Assembly: GCF_009914755.1 (NCBI RefSeq)
Contig: NC_060935.1
Strand: one strand, 5' to 3'
DNA from: the human T2T-CHM13v2.0 reference genome, Homo sapiens
DNA: 64,000 bases
Numbering within the stretch: position 1 is the stretch's first letter; each line of letters starts with the position of its first letter. A model generated the notes under the pieces. It did not search any database, was not told the DNA's origin, and saw only the letters and a list, made by a program, of their open reading frames with translations. This document shows positions 45,927 through 64,000 of the stretch, in pieces. Both the position numbers and the translations under genes were made by a program.

Positions 45927-46560
45927 TGTCCCCTGCCCTCGCCCCTGGTCCACCACCCACATCCCCACCACTGCTTCCCATTCCCTGTCCCCACCCTGCC
46001 ACCCTCACCCTCTTCCCCTTCCCCTTCCCCTTCCCCACTGCCTGGTGGGCGCCAAACTGGGCGAGTGCGCACGCGCAGGCCGCACGTGGCCGTTGGAAGG
46101 AGGGGCCCGGAACGGCGGCACGGGGTTGTTGTGGGGGTCAGTCCCCCGGGGACTGGAGGGAGACGCGGCACGCGGCCTCTGCGACCCTATGAACTCTGAC
46201 CCCAGCTCCCACACTGTCGCCTATCACCGGCCCACTCTCCGTGCCGCGTGTCCCTTAAAAGCTGGGGCCTGGGACAGGAACGACAGACAATGCAGCCAAT
46301 GGCGTCACGCGCGGTGCCCCGCTACCCAATCGAAAGGCGTGGCTGAGGGAAACGCGGTGGGAACCGCCCCCGACTCCAGGCGACTCCTTGGCCGGGCGGG
46401 GGAGAGCGTCCCCGTCAGCTGAGAGCATCCTCACTCGGTCAGTTCCTCGGGCGAGTTACGGGGACGACCTGCGGGAGCACGCGGGCAGTGGCCGGACGCT
46501 GAAGCCCAGGAGAGCGATGGAGACGTATGCGGAGGTTGGGAAGGAGGGCAAGGTAGAGAA
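45700..46560. promoter_or_regulatory. SNX32: CpG-island promoter of SNX32, probably bidirectional
   Basis: CCAAT at 46296-46300 and 46326-46330, GC boxes ~46365 and ~46394, CRE-like GGCGTCA ~46301, NRF1 motif TGCGCACGCGCA 46066-46077, CACGTG 46083-46088, E2F-like TTTGGCGC (minus, 46056-46049). Confidence 0.85.
46517..46552 (+). CDS. SNX32: SNX32 exon 1 coding part (METYAEVGKEGK)
   Basis: GCGATGG strong Kozak context; donor AAG|gtagag; joins exon 2 in frame. Confidence 0.92.
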
Positions 46561-46626
46561 AGGATGAAGACCCCCACCCCAGCCTCCCCTCACTCCATGA
46601 AAGCCCGTGATGCCCAATCATGCGGT

Positions 46627-47600
46627 GGTGTGTGTGTGTCTGTGTGTGTGTGGTCTGCCTCTGTGTGTTTCTGTGTGTGTCTGTGTGTGTATAGTCTGCA
46701 TGTGTCTGTTTCTCTGTGTGTCTGTGTGTATGTCGATGTGCCTGCATATGTCTGTGTGTGTGTGTATCTGTGTATGTCTGTATTTGTGTCTCTGTGTGTC
46801 TGTGTGTCTGTGTGTGTCTCAGTGTGTGTCTGTGTCTTTGTGTGTCTCTGTGTATCTGTGTGTGTGTCTGTGTGTCTCCGTGTCTCTGTGTGTGTGTGTA
46901 TGGCCTGTGTGTGTCTGTGTGTGTGCACGTATGCGTCCATGTGGGTGTTTGTGCGTGCATGTCTGTGTCTGTCTCTGTGTGTGTCTGTGCATGTCTGTGT
47001 GTGTGTGTCTGTGTGTCTGTGTCTGTGTATGGTCTGCGTGTGTCTTTGTGTCTGTGTCTGTCTGTGTGTATGGTCTGCATGTGTGCATGTATGCATCTGT
47101 GTGTGTCTCTGTGTGTATCTGTGTGTGCACGCATGTGCCTGTGTGTGTCTGCGCAGGTCTGTGTCTCTTTGTGTCTGAGTGTGTGTCTGTCTCTGTGTCT
47201 ATGTATGGTCTGCGTGCATCTTTATGTCTGTGTGTGTGTGTCTCTGTGTGTGTGTATGGTCTGCGTGTGTCTGTGTGTGTGTGTCTGTGTATTTCTGGGT
47301 CTGTGTGTGTGTTTGCATGTGTCTGTGTGTGTCTGTATCCGTGTGTCTTTGTATATCTGTGTGTGTCTATGTCAGTGTGTCTGTGTGTGCATCTGTGTGT
47401 GTCTGTGTGCCTGTGTATGATCTGTGTATGTCGTTGTGTGTGTCTGTGTGTGTGTTTCTCTGTGCCTGTGTGTTTGTGTGTGTCTGTGTATCTGTGTGTG
47501 TTTCTATGTGTGTCTGTGTGTGCGTGTGTCTGTGTTTGTCTCGTGTGTCTGTGTGTGTGTATGTGCCCATGTGTCTCTGTGTGTATGTGTGTGTCTGCGC
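46627..47600. repeat. ~1-kb compound (TG)n/(TGTC)n low-complexity repeat at the start of SNX32 intron 1
   Basis: Directly visible; it produces the spurious Cys/Val and His/Thr ORFs in the track. Confidence 0.97.
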
Positions 47601-48798
47601 AAGTGAGAGAAAGGAGACTTGAGCAAGGGAGTGGGGAGCCTCTGTGGCACCTGTGTGCGGACTGATGAGGATGCCAAGGGAGGCAGGGTTTTGCCTTTGT
47701 CCTTACAGATGGAAAGGGACCCGTCACTGTCACTCTTACCCTCCCCAAGACCAACTCAGGCTGTCTTGATGGGGGTAGGTGGGTAGGGGGTGGGAGGTGA
47801 GGGCGGGGAGGAGGGCAGGATGTTAGGGATTGAGCAGAGGCTGGCGTCCTCTTCTCCTTTCCCAAGGCGAGAGAATCCTGTTCAGCCCTAATGGCTTCAC
47901 TTGTGTTCTGAGTTCATGTAATGATAAGACCATTTCTTCCTTTTGACTTCCTTCAGCAAAGAGTTGTCGAGCATCCACGTTGTGCCAAGGATGGTTAGAG
48001 CATGGAGAGGTGCACCCTTTTGGGAGATGGAGGCATATGCATAGTGGGCCGTGGCTGAGGATGAGGATGGAGCAGCTGTGGTCCACCTTTGAGGCCCATC
48101 TCCCTCAAGCAGCTACCAAGCAGTGTAGGTCAGAGTAGAGATACTAAGGCAGGAGGAAAGAGGCTGGGGACTAGGGGACCTGCTGCACCAGTTAGCCAGA
48201 CTGCATGTGTTTGGGGTCTGGGGCAAGGGGAAAGCCTGCCTTGGGAGTGTCAGAGAAGCCAAGAAATGAGGAGCGGGGTTCAAGTGGTTTAGAGGGGCAA
48301 GAGGGGCTGAGAGACACAAAGCATGGAACAGAATGGTCTGCTTCAATGTTTATCTATGTATGTTCATCTTCATGGTTAAAGGAGTTAACATATATAAAAT
48401 GCTTAGGGCATATACATGAAATGGTTAGAGTGGTGCCTAGCATATTGTAAGGGCCAACATAAGGGTTAGCTATTATATTATTATTATTGTTATATTATTT
48501 TTGCTGTATGTTCTGAGGATGTGCTGAGCTATTGAACAGATGGATGCACCCCCCAGCCTTTGCAGGAGCCATACTCTGAAAGTTCACTACCAGTACTTAT
48601 CCTCTAGGTTAGGTGTTGCCTTCTCTAAGATCTTCCTTTAAATATAGAGACATTAAAAGAATATATAAGCAAAAATATAATAGAGGAGAAAATGAAATAA
48701 TATAAAATACTGGCCAGGCGTGGTGGCTCAAGCCTGTAATCGCAGCACTCTGGGAGGCCAAAGCAGGCAAATCACTTGAGGTCAGGAATTCAAGACTA

Positions 48799-61740
<12,942 letters not shown>

Positions 61741-61947
61741 CCTGCCTCCAAGGATGGGAGGGTTAAAATGTTTTGGCAGTTGCAAAACTCAGGTCAGTGC
61801 CTTATCAGGACCCCTCTCTGGTGACCTGGGGCATTGCTGAAGCAGTGCTGCTGAAGAGGGTTCTGCAGGTGGATCAGAAAGCCTGCAGGGCAAGGAAGGG
61901 CAAAGGGGCCATGCTCAGCCAGGCCAGAGACCTCCCCTCCTCCGCAG

Positions 61948-62052
61948 CCTTCCTGTGCATCGGTGGATCTGCAGGGAGACAGCTCCTTACAGGTGGAGAT
62001 TTCTGACGCAGTGAGTGAGCGGGACAAGGTGAAATTCACTGTTCAAACAAAG
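61948..62052 (+). CDS. SNX32: SNX32 exon 2 (PSCASVDLQG...KFTVQTK)
   Basis: ccgcag|CCT...AAG|gtgagg; 105 nt; start of an SNX5/6-type PX domain. Confidence 0.96.
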
Positions 62053-62388
62053 GTGAGGCAGTGCGGGGCACGAGGAAAGGTCCTGGTGGCTGCCCGCAGG
62101 AGGCCTCCCCCAGGGGTGGTAGGCATGTGCCAACACAGCCTGTGGGCACTCTTCCTCCACCTGGCACTTGCCCTCAGCCCCTCCTGGAAAGTGAGCCTCT
62201 TAGCTCTGCCTAAGGCCCCGAGTCCTAATCATTCCTGTCCACCATTCTAAATGAAATCATGCACACCTGAGCTCTAACTTTGTCCTCCCTGGGATGTGGG
62301 ATGAGGGGGGCCCAAAAGTGCATGCCCAGACTTGCTGAGGCAGGGCTTGGGGCAGAGAGAGGACCTCAGTTGGCCTTCCCGCTTCCAG

Positions 62389-62499
62389 AGCTGCCTCCCT
62401 CACTTCGCCCAGACCGAGTTCTCAGTCGTGCGGCAGCACGAGGAGTTCATCTGGCTGCATGATGCCTACGTGGAGAATGAGGAGTACGCCGGCCTCATC
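62389..62499 (+). CDS. SNX32: SNX32 exon 3 (SCLPHF...VRQHEEFIWLHD...AGLI)
   Basis: ttccag|AGC...ATC|gtgagg; 111 nt. Confidence 0.96.
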
Positions 62500-62618
62500 G
62501 TGAGGAGGGGCTGGGCAGGGGCTGGGAGGGACAGGCAGAGCACTTGGGTGAGGACCAAAGGCTGTGATGGCCGTCTCGGCAGTGAGAGGCCTCCCAGCTC
62601 CGTCCCTCCTTTGAGCAG

Positions 62619-62740
62619 ATCCCCCCAGCCCCTCCGAGGCCAGACTTTGAGGCTTCGAGGGAAAAGCTACAGAAATTGGGCGAGGGGGACAGCTCTGTCA
62701 CTCGGGAAGAGTTTGCCAAGATGAAGCAGGAGCTGGAAGC
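62619..62740 (+). CDS. SNX32: SNX32 exon 4 ([23 protein letters not shown]...ELEA)
   Basis: gagcag|ATC...GC|gtgagt; 122 nt; SNX5/6/32 helical insertion region. Confidence 0.96.
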
Positions 62741-62899
62741 GTGAGTGCCCCCTCCTTTCCCTGCCATCCCCAGAGTCCAGATGTCTTCCCCAGCTATCTC
62801 CCCATGAATGTTTAGCAACCCTGACCTCTGACCCCAGAAAGGGGGCAGGCAGGATGATGGGGGCTGAGGAGGGCCGGTGAGCTGCTGCCACTCTCGCAG

Positions 62900-63023
62900 G
62901 GAGTACCTGGCCATCTTTAAGAAGACAGTTGCGATGCACGAAGTCTTTCTGCAGCGCCTGGCGGCCCACCCCACCCTGCGTCGAGACCACAACTTCTTTG
63001 TGTTTTTGGAATATGGACAGGAT
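62900..63023 (+). CDS. SNX32: SNX32 exon 5 ([20 protein letters not shown]...YGQD)
   Basis: tcgcag|G...GAT|gtgagc; 124 nt; phase [10 protein letters not shown]. Confidence 0.96.
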
Positions 63024-63219
63024 GTGAGCTGGGCCGAATCCCTGGGGTCACCCTTGGGCCAGGAGTCTACCTTGGGTGGGGAGGCACCCAGGGGTGGCAG
63101 GGCTGGAGAAGGGGCCCAAGTGGGCCCAATCCTGTGTCACAGCTCCGTGAGTGGCTTGCAACTTGGGGTGGGAGGTGAGAACGCCCACCCCAGCATCATA
63201 CCCTCCCTGTGTGCCTCAG

Positions 63220-63324
63220 CTGAGTGTCCGGGGGAAGAACAGGAAGGAGCTCCTCGGAGGGTTTCTGAGGAATATTGTGAAGTCCGCGGATGAAGCCCTC
63301 ATCACGGGCATGTCAGGGCTCAAG
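63220..63324 (+). CDS. SNX32: SNX32 exon 6 ([10 protein letters not shown]...MSGLK)
   Basis: cctcag|CTG...AAG|gtaacc; 105 nt. Confidence 0.96.
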
Positions 63325-63523
63325 GTAACCCCTGGTGCTCCTCTCCGGATTCAACCCAGCACCTCAAGTCCACAGCACAGATTGAGGCCCAGGCTGGGTG
63401 TGGGAAGGAAGCCACTGGTGGGGCCTGGCCTGGTTTGGAAGGAGATTTTGCCAACCCTGGGTGCCTGTGTTGTCAAGCCCCGTGGTGACCCAGTGTAAAT
63501 GGGGTCCTGCCTGGCTCCCTTAG

Positions 63524-63629
63524 GAGGTGGATGACTTCTTTGAGCATGAGAGGACCTTCCTGTTGGAGTATCACACCCGTATCCGAGATGCCTGCCTGCG
63601 GGCCGACCGCGTCATGCGCGCCCACAAGT
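63524..63629 (+). CDS. SNX32: SNX32 exon 7 (EVDDFFEHERTFLLEYH...RAHK), start of BAR domain
   Basis: ccttag|GAG...AAGT|gtacgc; 106 nt. Confidence 0.95.
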
Positions 63630-63796
63630 GTACGCAGGGCCCAAGGGGTCCTGGATCCCCCTGCCCCTCTCCCCAGCGGTTCAACTCCTTGGGGGAGAGA
63701 AGAGAGCAGGGCGTGCCTTGTTGTTTGTCTGTGGCCACAAGCACCAAGGCTTGACATGCAGATGTAGGGGCTCTGATGGGGGCTGTTCCCCAACAG

Positions 63797-63872
63797 GCCT
63801 GGCAGACGATTATATCCCTATCTCAGCTGCGCTGAGCAGTCTGGGAACACAGGAAGTCAACCAGCTAAGGAC
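63797..63872 (+). CDS. SNX32: SNX32 exon 8 (CLADDYIPISAALSSLGTQEVNQLR); gene continues beyond the window
   Basis: caacag|GC...AC|gtgagg; 76 nt; phase [14 protein letters not shown] exon 7. Confidence 0.95.
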
Positions 63873-64000
63873 GTGAGGACTCCCCCCACCCCTACCCTCT
63901 CCCTGTGCCTGTAATACCATGTCTTCCCATGAGGGGTCACTCTGTAGATGTCTACTGTCAGCTCTAGGTGGGAGGTGTAGGCTCTCCTGTTGGGGGATGG

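Noticed and set aside
46439-47865. Long Cys/Val and His/Thr ORFs (up to 352 aa)
   Set aside because: Artefacts of the TG-rich repeat, which lacks stop codons.

Overview
Human genomic DNA (a complete set of AluYa5 diagnostic bases is present); gene content matches the OVOL1-SNX32 interval of chr11q13.1. The window opens in the OVOL1 CpG island/intron 1 and contains OVOL1 coding exons 2-4 and its 3'UTR (to ~9.7 kb). A ~36 kb Alu-dense interval follows, then a CpG-island promoter and SNX32 exons 1-8 (gene runs off the end). The main unexplained signal is on the minus strand, head-to-head with SNX32: an intact 533-545 codon ORF (45926/45962->44325) containing 39 in-frame 21-bp (7-aa, KLRSSGE-like) repeats. 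Downstream of it, non-repeat exon-like blocks with splice signals and scattered stops run from ~43.7 kb to ~19.4 kb, several split by Alu insertions; these look like a decayed multi-exon gene. Also noted: an orphan CpG island with two CTCF motifs, a GRHL motif cluster, a nested AluYa5, and a locally templated L1 duplication inside a FLAM. Repeat boundaries are approximate and no searches were run.
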